From Thalia democratica (lineage: Eukaryota), in contig OZ241830.1 of assembly GCA_965202585.1 (NCBI GenBank), positions 29,698,001 through 29,762,000 on the forward strand: a stretch of DNA of 64,000 nucleotides, written 5' to 3'. How positions within the stretch are numbered: the stretch's first letter is position 1; each line of letters starts with the position of its first letter. Positions 51,868 to 64,000 of this stretch are shown piece after piece. A program made the translations under genes and the position numbers. The notes under the pieces are model-generated. The model was not told where the DNA came from. It made no database searches and saw only the letters and a list, made by a program, of their open reading frames with translations.

Positions 51868-53108
51868 ATGTCGATAATAAAATTGCTTACGTTTTTATTT
51901 TGTACAAACATGTCTTTTGGATATTTATGGACGTTCCAGGACAAATGCAATGTTGCAGATTATATTAATCTTATTTGCGATCATTACTCGAAAGAATATC
52001 TACCTTTTAGTGTGAGGTAAATTGTGTTTTATTTAAATTTTACTCTTGTTTATCTAAAATAAAAACAATGGCTTTTTCTAAACTTTTAATAAGTATTGGA
52101 AAAACATGATATAATTAAATACTTAGTACCTTTATGAACATATGTAATACTACTTTTTAACAAGTCATAAAAATTAAATAAAAAAAATCAGTTTATCACA
52201 AATTATATTAAAAGTACTTTTATAAATTAGAATTAACGAATACAAAAAACGCTAAATTATCTCAACTAATGTAAAGTTTTATATCAGACTGTCTTAGCAT
52301 GTGCTCTTAAATTATTTCGCAATTTATTTTATTTGCTTCAACCTTTTTTAGGCACAGATTTGCATTGGGAGTGCAATTGATGGGAAGTTTTACGAAAATG
52401 GAAATAGACCCAAGGTACTATTTCATCGGAAGAATAAAACTGGAATCGGACTCTTATCTAGATGTAGATTTCCTGCAACTTTCAGGAATAAGATATCTGT
52501 GGTACCTGAGTTTGAAAGCAAAACAGTTGAGATTTAAACACATAAGTAGTTTTTACCAACTAAAAAACTTGAAGCACTTAATACTGTATGATCCTACAAA
52601 GTTCAACGTAGAACAACTGGACTTCGAAAAACTTTTAAAGTTTAAGTCATTAGAGATTTCTTACACAAACTTGACTAGATTTAACCTTCGAAACCTAAGA
52701 AAAGCCAGAAACATTACAAGTCTCACCTTGCAAAATGTCAGTTTAAGAAGCGAAGACATCAACGCGTTGGCAAACTTTACAAAACTTAAAACACTGAAAT
52801 TATCACAAAGCAAACTGGAATCCTTCTCTTTTCCAGGTATTCTGCCTAAAACTTTGCAATCACTGATTCTTAGAAAAATTGAAGACCCAATATTTATAGA
52901 TGAACATCGAAACTGCAGCATTATTGCAAGCGACTGTAATCTGAGAGTTAGCAGTAATTATGACGTCACAAGGGGAAAACTAGACGTCACAGACAGTCTG
53001 GTAACCATGCAGAAATGTCTAGGCGACCGCGGAAACATGTTGCTAAGCAACAGTTTTGTGAGGTATTTGGACTCAGATTGTCGGTCACAGTGTTTTAACG
53101 AACCTTGA
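51868..53108 (+). CDS. Secreted leucine-rich-repeat protein, 301 aa: join(51868..52016,52352..53108)
   Basis: taaaATG; signal peptide MSIIKLLTFLFCTNMSFG; Cys pair DKCNVADYINLICDH (LRRNT-like); phase-2 intron AG|GTAAAT...ttttttag|G. About six LxxLxL repeats (LWYLSL, LKHLIL, FKSLEI, ITSLTL, LKTLKL, LQSLIL) and a Cys-containing C-terminus. No TM in this model. Confidence 0.8.
52961..53051. promoter_or_regulatory. CRE + RFX X-box module overlapping the LRR coding sequence
   Basis: TGACGTCA 52961-52968, AGACGTCA 52982-52989, TGGTAAC about 52999-53005, GTTGCTAAGCAAC 53039-53051 (identical to 3560-3572). Confidence 0.4.
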
Positions 53109-56100
53109 ATGAAGTTTTATCTATAGAATTTAAGCTATTTTTATTCTTTTATTTTTTTAAGATTGAAAAATCGATCACGTTTTTTCTGAAAACTTAGTGT
53201 TTTAATTATTAAAAATAAGTTTTGGCCATACCACATGGTTCATTAGACCATAAGTGTTTATTAGGCTGATATCTGTAAATATTTCTAAATAAAACTCATT
53301 AGTTATTTGTAACCGAATAAGTTATCACTAAACAAAGTGATCGTGTTTTACCAAAAAGCTAACAAAAAAGCGTTAAATAATATGTAATTTTTATTTTTAA
53401 TACGTCATACACTTTTTAAAACTAACTAAACTTTGTTTAACATGGTTTCAATAGTTAGTTTCTTAAAGTATGGCTTGAATAAAAAAATAAATCGATTTAT
53501 TTGTTTAATGTTCTTTTATTTAGTACAAATTTTATGTTTTTAATTTTTTTTTTGCCAAATATTTAAAAAAGGGTACTTTTATAAGTATTTATTTGATAGT
53601 TTTTCGTATAAATATATAAAGTAAAAATTTGATTTTTAAAAATGCAGTAATTATTATGCAGCAAACATATAACGTTTAAAACATTTATGAAAAAAATAAT
53701 TTCTGAGGTGTTTCGAAAAAAATACTTAAAAAAAATCCCTTTAAACTTTATACTATTTATAATAATTTTTTATACTTTTGCATATTGAAAAATTTTACTT
53801 TAGTGCATGTTCATGTAATATTATACATTCATTAGAAAAACTGTAAAAGCAATCATTGTTTTTGGGCTACCAGTACAACAAAAGAAAACGTTCAAATAAA
53901 TGTTTTCCAACAAAACTACAAATTAAGTATGTAATTTTGTGTTGTTTGCGGCTAAACAAGACGTTAAAAGCTTTCAAATAAATTACATGAAATTATGACG
54001 TGCGGTTTTCCATCAAACGTGTTTGTAGTTAAACAAAAGTTAGTATTTAGTAAACGTTAATTTGATTGTCATTGATTTAGTTTCGTTTTTGTTATTTATT
54101 ACTTTTTTTTGTTTGGTGTTGTTTGAACGTTTTTTTTTTTCAGTCAAAGCTATAACTATAAAAATAAAACTTAAACTGTAAAATTAAAAATTTTTTAGGA
54201 GAAATGCCTACTGTTGGTTTATATAAGTGATATAATTACAGGTTAATTATAGTACTATATCTCAAAGCTTTATTTAAAGCGTTCTTTTAAGATTTGAAAC
54301 CAGACAAAAATAACATTCTTATTTAAAATATTTGTAATAAAGTCTTATTTATTTTTGTGGTAAAGCACACATTAAAATTTTTTGTTTTTACAAAATATTG
54401 ATAAATCGAGGTTGATTATAGTTATTGATGTTTTTGTATAAAATATCTATTAAATTTTAATCTTAGATATAATCTTCTTGTTAAGACATTAATACCTTAT
54501 GTTATATATGTAATAAGTATGTATGATCAATATTTTATCTATATATATCAATAACAGGCTAGATTTCTTTGCATATATATAACAAACTTTTAGCATTTGA
54601 AATTAGTTAAGTTTTTAATTCAAATAAAATAGAATAATAAGTTTTAAAAATCAGAACAGAGCTATTGAAAAGTATGTCAAAAAAATAGAAATCTAGCAAA
54701 TGAAAAATGTTTTTAGATTTGAATTTATTACAAAACCTCTGAATTCTCAAAAATATCTTTAATCATCATAAAACATGACATAGTTTGATTCTGATTAGAT
54801 ATGCCTTTCCTAAAATACAGCTATATTTGGGTTTTATACAAACTATCTTTTGTTTTTGACTTTTAGCTTAATTTAGGTTTTATTTAATTTTCTAGTAACT
54901 TTTTAAATAAAATTGTTCGTAACTTGACATTCTATATAGATAAACTCATAAAATAGATTTAAAACAGCTGACTAAACATGAGAATAACTTAGATCAGTGT
55001 GATTAAACTGAAATAAGATAACTTTCCCTTGTAAATTAAGTATTTACTACTAATTCTAATGGTATTAATTAGTATAAAGTATAAATAATATAATGAAAAA
55101 ATGCTACTATGAAGTTAAATGGTAGTTATAATTTTTTAAAATTAAAAATCGAAACCAAAAGTATTCAAAACATAAGTAAATTATAACAATTTATCGAAAA
55201 CTAATTAAAGTTGTTAACTGTAAGACAAATAAAAAACAAAAGCTTTTTTCTTGTTAATAACCACAAAAGTAAGTTATATGTCAATACAACATTTAATAAG
55301 AATTTTAAGTTTGTATTTAACCACAAAAGTTAATGAGGTAATTAATCATTAATCTAATAAGTTACCTAATCACTGTTTTCGAACCAATTTACTTTATACG
55401 TGATAAAGTATTCTTATAATGAGTTACGTTATTAAACCACGTTAGCGATGTTGGTTAGATTGGTAAAAAATATAAGAAATAATTACCCTAAACTTTTCGC
55501 AGCCATCTTATTGAAAAACTTCGAATTAAACTTCTTTGATAATTTTTAAAACCGAAACTTCAAAAATAAAATTATTATGTATTACCGAAATAAAATATTT
55601 TAGTTTTTATAATTTTTTAAAACACGAAAAAATGTAACTTTTATTTCAATGTAGCAACAAAATTTAGTTGATAATAGACATACTATATATTAAACAATAA
55701 AATGTATTAATTACGCATTTTTTTAATTTTAATTTGAATCACACAACTATAAATATCTTGGTTTCTAAACTTTTATTGTATGAAAATAAAGATAAACTTT
55801 TAAAATGTTTATATATAAAAGGTTATTTAGAAAACCATCAATGTGAATTAAAGGTAGAAGTAAAATTATATTTTAACAAAATAATTATAGCCAATTTTTA
55901 TAGCTAATGGTGTTTATAGATAAACTAATTTTAATTTTAATTTAACATTTAGTTAAACATGTTGACTACCAACATCATCTGAATAATACTGTTTGACAAT
56001 ACCAAGATTCATTGTAAACTATAGTATAAAAAAAGTGATAGAAAGTAACTTAGTATCTACGTAACCGTTTTCAGGCTAAAGTAAATTATATTTCAAATCT

Positions 56101-59100
56101 AAGTTTAATTACATTTTATAGTTTTTTTGTAAGAATTATAGTAAAAACATATGCTATGCTTTTTTATTATCGGTACAAATCTATGCTTTCCAACATTTTT
56201 TTAAAATACATACTTTACATTATTAGAAAAAAATCATTGATAAGTTTTGAGATAGTTAAAATTTGATTAAAAAAATATCTAATAACTAATTATACTACTA
56301 ATAGTAGTGACTTTGCAATCTAAAATTTTTTTTTCAAGTTTGGTTAAGTCCTAATTGCAACCGTTTCAGCCAAATCTTTTTTTTTTGAGATGTAATTTGA
56401 TAAAACATGTTTTTTAAACGGTAATGAAGTTCTTTTGCAGTTAATAAAAACAACAATTATAAAATTTTTCTTATTATAATAAGAAGTGGGTTTAGAGTTA
56501 TATTTAATTTAGTCTAAAAAAAATCTTTAAACTCAAATAACTATCATCTTGTTTGAGCAAATTAAAATTTTTACTGTATTATATTTGTGAAATAGTTGAT
56601 GATAGTTGCTTAAAACAGAGATAATTTAAAATAGTTAAGTTACTGACAAAGAATCTAAACATTTAATGAAATAGCTAACTATTATAACTATAAAACTATA
56701 CCTTTCATTGGTTGTCATTTAAGAAGTTTAGTTTTTTTATGAATAACTTATACACTTCTTTTAGTAGATATATCTATACATTTGCTAAAGTTTATGTCAT
56801 AATAGTGTTTTAAGTTTAGTATAATAAACGATGAAACTTTTAAATTTTAAGTGATACATTATAACATATCTACTAACAGAAAAGTTACGAAAAAAATCTT
56901 TAACTTATCTGGTATAGAACAAAACTTATGAACTAAACAAAGCATTTGAATATGATACGCAAACTTTATATTTTAACATAAAATCAACAGTAATAGCCAA
57001 AACTTTTTTTATAAAATAAAATGTTTCATGAAAATCCAGAAACCTACAGTCAGCGAAATTAGAAGTATACAATATAAAACTGTGGCTGTGATACATAAAC
57101 AATGATTCCATACCTAACACCAACTTTCCCATCGTACTAACCTTTCAGTAGCGAGCCAAAAATCACTAGATAATCACCGTAGCATAGCAAAGAAACAAAT
57201 CACAAGGTACGTCGAAGAAAATACTTTTCAGCTGGTGTAACATAAGAATAAACAAAATTCATTTTAGCGTTTTCAACGGGATCAATTTTTTAAGAAGTCA
57301 AGCGAACAATTAAGGGATAGTGTATCTATTTTATATTAAAGTTTATTGGTTAGATATTTAAATCTGAAGTTTCGATAGTGCACTTCTTTTTTTTGCACTG
57401 TATTTAATTAAAACAATCAAAAGTAAATTTATGCTAAATATTTTCATTTAGTATTTATAATGTAAAACAATATAAGCATTAGTTATTCTATTGAGCTTAA
57501 AATAAGATTTTCTAAAATTTGATATGACTTATTAATAGCTAAATATAAAAAAAATGAATTTAAGTAGTTTAAAACAACTTCTATTTGAAAATAAGTATAT
57601 GTGATTCACATTTTCAAAGAGTCTAACTGTTCTTTTAAACACATGCTATTTTAATGTTTAATTCTGTGTAAAAAACCTAATTCTTTACCTATAAACTTAT
57701 AAAAATTAAACTGTAAAAATTTTTAAAATCGACAAACTTACCAATTTATTTCGGGCAGTTGTTTAAGTACAATGTAGCTATATTATTGACTAATACCTTT
57801 TCTGAAACTTCTCTACCTGAATGAGTTTATTATTTATTATCTCAAATACAATGTAAGTTACAAAAATTTAATAAAGTTGATTTAGTTTCAGCATTCTATA
57901 ATAAAAATTATTAGTTTTTGGCAAATAAGAATAATACCCATATTTAATAGTAAGTTTTAGAGTTAATGAAACTAATTTTTTACAGTAATTTTCATTCTAA
58001 ATTATTCTTTACAAACACATAAAAAATAAATTACTTTTAATAGAACGATACGTTTATTTGTAAACCAGGTTCTTAGACCAAATTTTTTGAGCGTTTTTTT
58101 TTTCTTATATCTTTCAAGATACTTATAGAGATACTTAATTACAAAATAATAGTTATACTATTTGTATTTGTAAGAAATAAAGATTTTAAAGTTAAGTACC
58201 GAGCATTGAAAATAAAATTAATATAAATATTCAATTTTTTTGATACTAGTCACTAAAATATTCTAAATTACGTTAATCTTTCTCATATCTTAAGTTTTGT
58301 TTTTTTAAATGAAAAACCTTCACTTAAGATATACTAGTTTTATATGTAAAATTAAATGGTTAAGTAAATTTCAATGAATAATTATGTTAGCATAATCTTT
58401 TTATTGTGAAAAATCAAACAAAAACACCTTAAAACTAAGTGTATATAAAATATAAATTATACTGTTTTGAAAAAAATTCCTAAGTTTCTAAAAAAAATTA
58501 AGTATAAAATAAGATAAAAGTTAAACTAATTAGTTGTACACTTTGACTTTTATCCAAAAAAATTTTACTTAAATGTAAATACTAAATAATTAAGATTTTC
58601 AATGTTTACTACAAGACTATGTATAATAAACTGCTTATATACAGTTGTAAACTCTCATCTAAAAACTTGATAACTACTACAAACTGATCGCATTGAGGAA
58701 TTCTACACTTAAGAACAATAAAAAGTCTTATATACAAGTGCAAATAACATAATAAGCAGCACTCGTAAAAGACCAAAATGTATTTCACCTATGATATCTA
58801 AGTAATTATGATTTTATTTAAAAATATCGTTTAAAATGTTTTAAAGCAGTTAAACTCTGGTTAAGTTCATTGTTAAATATATTGTTAGTTAATGAAAGTT
58901 TTCGTGTACATAAAAAATTTTTCATCACGAAAGTTTAAGTTGCGTTATTAAAGCGATTTTATATTATATTTTGTTTTATCCTTAAAAATAATAACGATTG
59001 TTTTTTCTTAGTTATTTTTACCTACAACCTCTGTTAAGTGTTTAGTTTAAAACATTTAATATTTCAAGCTAACACTTAAGTAATAACTCTACTATTTTGA

Positions 59101-59904
59101 AAACCCTTATTAAGAGAGCTTTTGTTATTTATTACGAGTATAAAACAGCATTTAAATGGTATACGATCAAAATCCACCCGAGTCAAAATCCACCCGAGTT
59201 AAAATCCACCCGCGTTCAAAATCCACCCGGTCAAAATCCACCCGAGTCAAAATCCACCCGAGTCTAAACATTTATTTTGATTTATTTATTTATTTCTTAT
59301 CAAATACCATTTTAATATCTCTCCCCCCCAAATATCATTCTCAAAAAAAACTCATTTGTAGGAATAACTGGCACTTACTAAATTCTTGTTATTCTTTCCT
59401 TTATAAAACGACTTAAGAATAAAAAACTGTACTACAGATTAAACTTATAAGGTGTTGTTTTTGGAGTTGTTATTTAGTATGTTTGCTTGTAATATAAAAT
59501 TTTTGACAATTTTTTTAGTTTAATGATTACTCAATATGTTTTAAGTAATTACAGCCGGAAAACAGCTTTTTAAAAGAAGTTTAACTTTTAATATAAATAT
59601 AACTACAAGAGCTAATAAAAATTAAACAACGTCAGATTTTATAAATAAAATTTTACTATCCAAATATGATTTTATTGAAACTTTTAAGTAACTGATGGAT
59701 GTGCAATAAAGAATAGTTTTGAACGATCTCAATCACAATCATTTGACAATCAATTAAGTCTTACTGTTTTTAGACAGAAAAATTTGAAATTTAAAATTAT
59801 TTTAAAGTTATTTTCAAATAAATACGCCACACGATAACATTAAAAAACAAACTGTGTGTTACAAGTGATAACTACCACTTCTACTAAAATTTAATCCATT
59901 TAAT

Positions 59905-60065
59905 CTAGGGGTCGACAAACTGTGACCCGCGGGTCAACTACGGCCCTCGAAGTGTTAATCTGCGGCCCAGCAAGTTTTTTGTTTAAATCGAATGCGGCCC
60001 AAAAATAAAAAGCTGCTGCCTGCGTGAAGCAATATGACCCTCGAGCATGTAAATTTACACTTCTA
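59905..60065. mobile_element. Short hAT (Charlie-like) MITE
   Basis: Left end CTAGGGGTCGACAAACTGTGACCCGCGGGTCAACTACGGCCCTCGA, internal TGCGGCCC motifs, decayed right end. Same end type as the elements at 20301 and 33749. Confidence 0.65.
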
Positions 60066-60915
60066 ACCTAAGCTACATTATAAATTGACTGTTTCGAAAA
60101 AAAAACAGTATTTTTATTAGTTTTGTTTTTAAGTTCATGTATATTAATTAAAATTTATTTATGATCTTTATCCCTCAAGCTTGAATATGTGAAATTTGTG
60201 CCTTGCAATGTGCTGAATTTATAAAGATTATTTTTAACATCTTAAGATAATAAGTAAAAGTTTTTTTGTATAGTTTACAAAATAACAGAGCAAATTTAAT
60301 AAGTTGTAGAGACGATTTTTATGTAAAAGACTTTGGAATTGATAAAAAATGTTGAGCTTTTAAATTTGTACTATCATTTTTTTATTTAAATTTTATTTTT
60401 TATAAACACTGTTGGTTGAATTTTCCTACATAACAATATATAATTGAATTGTAAGTAAAGCACAACACACTAAACACAACACTTTTTTTATCAAAAGAAA
60501 AATTTTAAAATTTTAAGTTTGTATTTTATTTTCTTCTTGTAACTTTTTATAAGGTTAAACTTAAGACTACATTCTTTTGTATATAACCTTTTTGTTTTTT
60601 TAGTTTAATGTTCAACTGTTAAAAATAAATTTACTTAATTTACTTATTTTCATAATTTCACTAACATTTATTTTATATAACATTAAAATATTATATTAAC
60701 AACAGTATTTTACTAACAGTTTTTTTAAACATGTTTATTCAATTATAAATGGCTTTGGGAAAATAGAATAAGAAGGGAATTTATTTATATTAGCATTGAC
60801 CGTAATTATTTTTCTTATTTTTTAGATATTTTTTTTTTATTAAATGTTATTAACTTTAATTTAACATTTAAAGTACTTCTAAAGCTATCATACATATATA
60901 TTATTCTTCACACTA

Positions 60916-61288
60916 GGTTTGATTTAACCATTTTTGCCGTGTAAAAGTAAAGTTCTGTTCAAAAAAAGTGTTTACGTGCAAAATTGAAGGTTGTGCTAAA
61001 GTAATCCTTGTGTAAAAGTAACGCCGTGCAAAGTTGTAGCAGTGCAAAAGTACCACCTTCGTGCTAATGTAAAGTTGTGCAAATGTATCCCCTTGGTTTA
61101 AATTCAACGCTGTGCAAAATTGGAGCTCATGCTAAAGTGACGCCAAACAAAAATGACGACCAGTGCAATAGAGACCCACAGTGCTAAAGTGACACAGTGT
61201 TAAAAAGACGCACCCTGCTAAAAATTCAACCCGTGCAAATGTGCTAGGTGCAATTCTGACCTTCCGTTTATTTGGGTTAATTTAAACA
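60916..61288. repeat. Degenerate tandem array of about 16-bp units GTG(C/T)(A/T)AAAGT..., with weak 14-bp inverted ends
   Basis: About 17-20 units between 60939 and 61260; GGTTTGATTTAACC (60916-60929) against GGTTAATTTAAACA (61275-61288), 11/14 inverted match. Confidence 0.65.
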
Positions 61289-62877
61289 GGTTGATTTTGA
61301 TCGGGTGAATTTTGACTCGAAAGGATTTTGATTGGGTTGATTTTATTTCGGTTGGATTCTGACTTTTGATGATTTTAATCGGGTCGATTTTGAACGCGGG
61401 TGGATTTTGATCGGGTGGGTTTTTATCGGATGGATTGTGATCGGGTGGATTTTGATCGCGGGTGGATTTTAAACGTGTCCTATTTTAATATACTATGTTT
61501 ACATTTTTAAAATAATAATATAAAATTTTCCAATTGTTTATAAAAGTTTAAAAAGTATAAATTAAAAAACTTTTAGAAAGTGTTGACTTTGTTTTAAATT
61601 TGTTTACAAAGATAGTTTTAAACAACAACTATGTAAACAGTTTTTACAAAACTATCAATAGTTAATAGTCGTTTTACATTGAGTTTGGTTTTTTTAATTT
61701 GTTAAAAAAATAATCAATGTGTGCTTTTCCATAATCTGTGATTTTTAAATAGCTCAAGTAGCCAGGAAACTTTTTATTTGGGCTGTAAACTGAAAATAAA
61801 TTTAATCGGTATAGTACTTTTTTAATTTATTTTAGAACCATTTTTATTTAAAGTTCATTATTTTAATATGAAGTGTTAAGGATAATACTTTTGATAACAC
61901 ATTGATAAGTTTCTATAAAGTTAAGATCCTATAAATAAAGCATAAACTCAGTTGTAACAATTTAATTTGTGGGTTTAAAATATAAATTTTTATATTTTAG
62001 TAGTCTCAATTCAAACCGTTTCAGCCTAAAATTTAAGAAAATATTAATTAAGAAAAAATGTTGATCAAATACAGTTTTTTTTAAGATAATGAAGTATATT
62101 TGCAGTTAATAGGATCCATAGTTAGAAAACTGCTTCATATTGCACTTGAGCAACAATATTTTAAATTCAGATTAAATTTAATTCTAAAAAAAGTTATCTA
62201 AAGAAATAAAATAGAAAACATAAACGAATATCATCCTGTTTAAGTATTTTAATATAGTTCTCTACTATATTTGTGAAACAGTTAATGACAGTTGGTAAAA
62301 TTTTTTAATAAACATGATACTGATATAGTTTCTTAAGACTAAAGAAAAAAAAAACCTTTTAAATGATAGCATTTTGATATAGTCAAGAAGCAGTTTTAGA
62401 TTTCTTTTGAAGCACTTAAGACTTTTTTTTATTTAGACTAAATAGGAAATAATTAGTTTATTACCAGGAAATAAAGTAATAGGAACCACTCAACTCGTTA
62501 ATAACATTTTCTAACTATTTGCTATCTTTCTTTTTTTTAAAATAAATTTAAAATTTAATTACTCAAAGCATAAAAATATTTTAATCCATGCTAATAAAAG
62601 TAAAAAAAAATAGAATTGAAAATGGTATAATTATTTACTGCATATGTTATCTACATTACAAATAACTTTTATAGTATCATTTTATTTTTTTTTTATTGTA
62701 AAATTTAATCTTAATTTTTTATAAATCTTGGGAAACATACTTCTACATACTTTTTTTTATTAATATTGTAACTTGTTTAAATTAAAAAAATTAAAGTTCT
62801 TGACTTAAATGCCTATTTCAATATTTAGTTTCTAATTTAGTTATACTTCCATTTATTTTGTTCAAAATTTTTTTCAG

Positions 62878-63559
62878 ATCAGGATCTCCTATATGCAAAT
62901 ACAGAAGTGAAACATTGTTTTGTTAGTAATAAGCTGTTAAAATAAATACTAAATATTTTTTTTATTTAGTACTTAATAAAAAATTAATTAGTTGGTTAGA
63001 TAGATAATGTTTCTCCTACTTTTTAAACAAATTACAAATGTATACTTTGCTTTTAAAAGAAAACAAAAAATATTTTTATTAATAGTTTATTCGATTTTAT
63101 GATAAAATTTGCAAAACAAATAAGTTTTAGCCACAAACTTTCACTTGGAAAATAAGTGAACAGTCTATTGCTTACACTGGAGAAATTTAAAATACATTTA
63201 CAATAACATCAATAATAACTACAAGGAAACTGGTGCAAGGTATAAATAAAACACAAAAGACTAAATCCTTGTCCTTGACATTATTGATCTTAATAAAAAT
63301 CACTCGCACCAAAAACATCACCAACGAAAGTGCAAGCCCTTTCAACCAGAGACGTATGTCCACGAAAACCATAATGACAAGCAAAGATAATTGTAACAAA
63401 TACACTGTAGTCTTAAATTGTTCCCACCGCGGTGAACTTTTAAAAACTCTGACAAAATTCAGAATTGTCAATTTGTGGTATGGATTCATTTTCTGTCTTT
63501 TTTTAATACTTATAACTGCAAAAAATGTAGAAAATAAAAACAAGTTCAACATATATTGA
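62878..63559 (+). pseudogene. Candidate last two exons of a single-pass membrane protein with one premature stop: 62878-62921 + 63131-63559
   Basis: ttttttcag|AT CAG GAT...CAT TGT TTT|GTTAGT, then ttttag|CCA CAA ACT... A 143-codon frame starts exactly at the acceptor and is broken only by TAA at 63188-63190. It has an S/T-rich stretch, NCSHRG and hydrophobic LWYGFIFCLFLILITA near the end. Confidence 0.35.
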
Positions 63560-64000
63560 ATGAATATGTTACTGATTTACCAGTTTTGATCTAAATTCTA
63601 TGAATCTTCAATACTTATAGTTATTTTGTCAGAGCACTGAACATTTCAATGATTAAGACAATGATTAAATTAATAATTAGTAACAGACATAACCAAATAC
63701 TTGATTTACAATGAGGTATAAATACTTGAAAACAGTCAAGATAAACTCTTAAACACTAATTCTAATTTACAACATTTTTTAATGTATTAAGTTATTTAGT
63801 AATGAATAAATATAATTGATTTAATAACAGCTTAATACACAACAGTTAAAGGCTAGTTGTAGTTAAATAATAATATATAAATTTGAACAGAGTCATATAT
63901 GGAAAATTGTTATGTTCAGTTTACTATTTTATTATATTTGAAATGGTCATAAAATATTTGCCACCGAAACCTGGTAGTAAACAATAAAAATAATTTGCAC

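Larger units (their letters stand above)
59158..61480. mobile_element. Foldback-type element with tandemly repeated inverted ends and nested insertions
   Basis: Six copies of CAAAATCCACCCG at 59168-59260 and about 12 reverse-complement copies (CGGGTGGATTTTG) at 61289-61470. Termini are GGTATACG and CGTGTCC; 9-bp flanks CATTTAAAT / TATTTTAAT match 7/9. Confidence 0.65.
56345..62295 (+). repeat. Two diverged copies of a 260-300 bp sequence (56345-56610 and 62000-62295)
   Basis: Shared collinear blocks AACCGTTTCAGCC (56359, 62014), TAATGAAGT..TTTGCAGTTAATA, TATCATC.TGTTT and TATATTTGTGAAA.AGTT.ATGA.AGTTG. Confidence 0.65.

Noticed and set aside
56927-57150. Faint TGF-beta-prodomain-like phrases (TLYFNIKS...NLQSAKLEVY)
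   Set aside because: Three or more stops in the frame, wrong spacing, no supporting exons; likely chance.
59168-61470. CRISPR-like appearance of the short repeat arrays
   Set aside because: Units are 13-16 bp with only 2-5 bp linkers, no unique spacers and no cas genes, in a eukaryotic context.
52661-63552. Antisense ORFs 52661-52921, 60913-61107, 63187-63552 and plus ORF 59156-59416
   Set aside because: Shadows of real coding frames or products of stop-poor tandem repeats.

Overview
Eukaryotic, very AT-rich animal genomic DNA with short GT-AG introns. Frequent GTT(A/T/G)GT donors suggest a tunicate-like invertebrate (inference). (1) 1-17.5 kb has no long ORF. It holds about ten CpG-rich islands with many RFX X-box and CRE motifs, probably the regulatory region and 5' exons of a minus-strand gene that runs off the left edge (candidate start MFHNQTPLTP...). 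(2) 23,387-42,959 (+) is a complete 30-exon SEL1L3 orthologue of about 1150 aa, assembled by hand with all exon phases consistent. Its introns contain a pre-miRNA-like hairpin, a nested hAT MITE and a 130-bp triplication of an exon end. (3) 43.9-47.5 kb is an old tandem duplication with a 42-bp invariant core. (4) 51,868-53,108 (+) is a two-exon secreted LRR protein gene whose last codons overlap a CRE + X-box module. (5) 59.1-61.5 kb is a composite foldback-type element with tandem-repeat ends. (6) 62.9-63.6 kb has probable terminal exons of a membrane protein with one in-frame stop. No prokaryotic features, CRISPR, tRNA or rRNA were found. All alignments and folds were done by eye; no database search or folding program was run.
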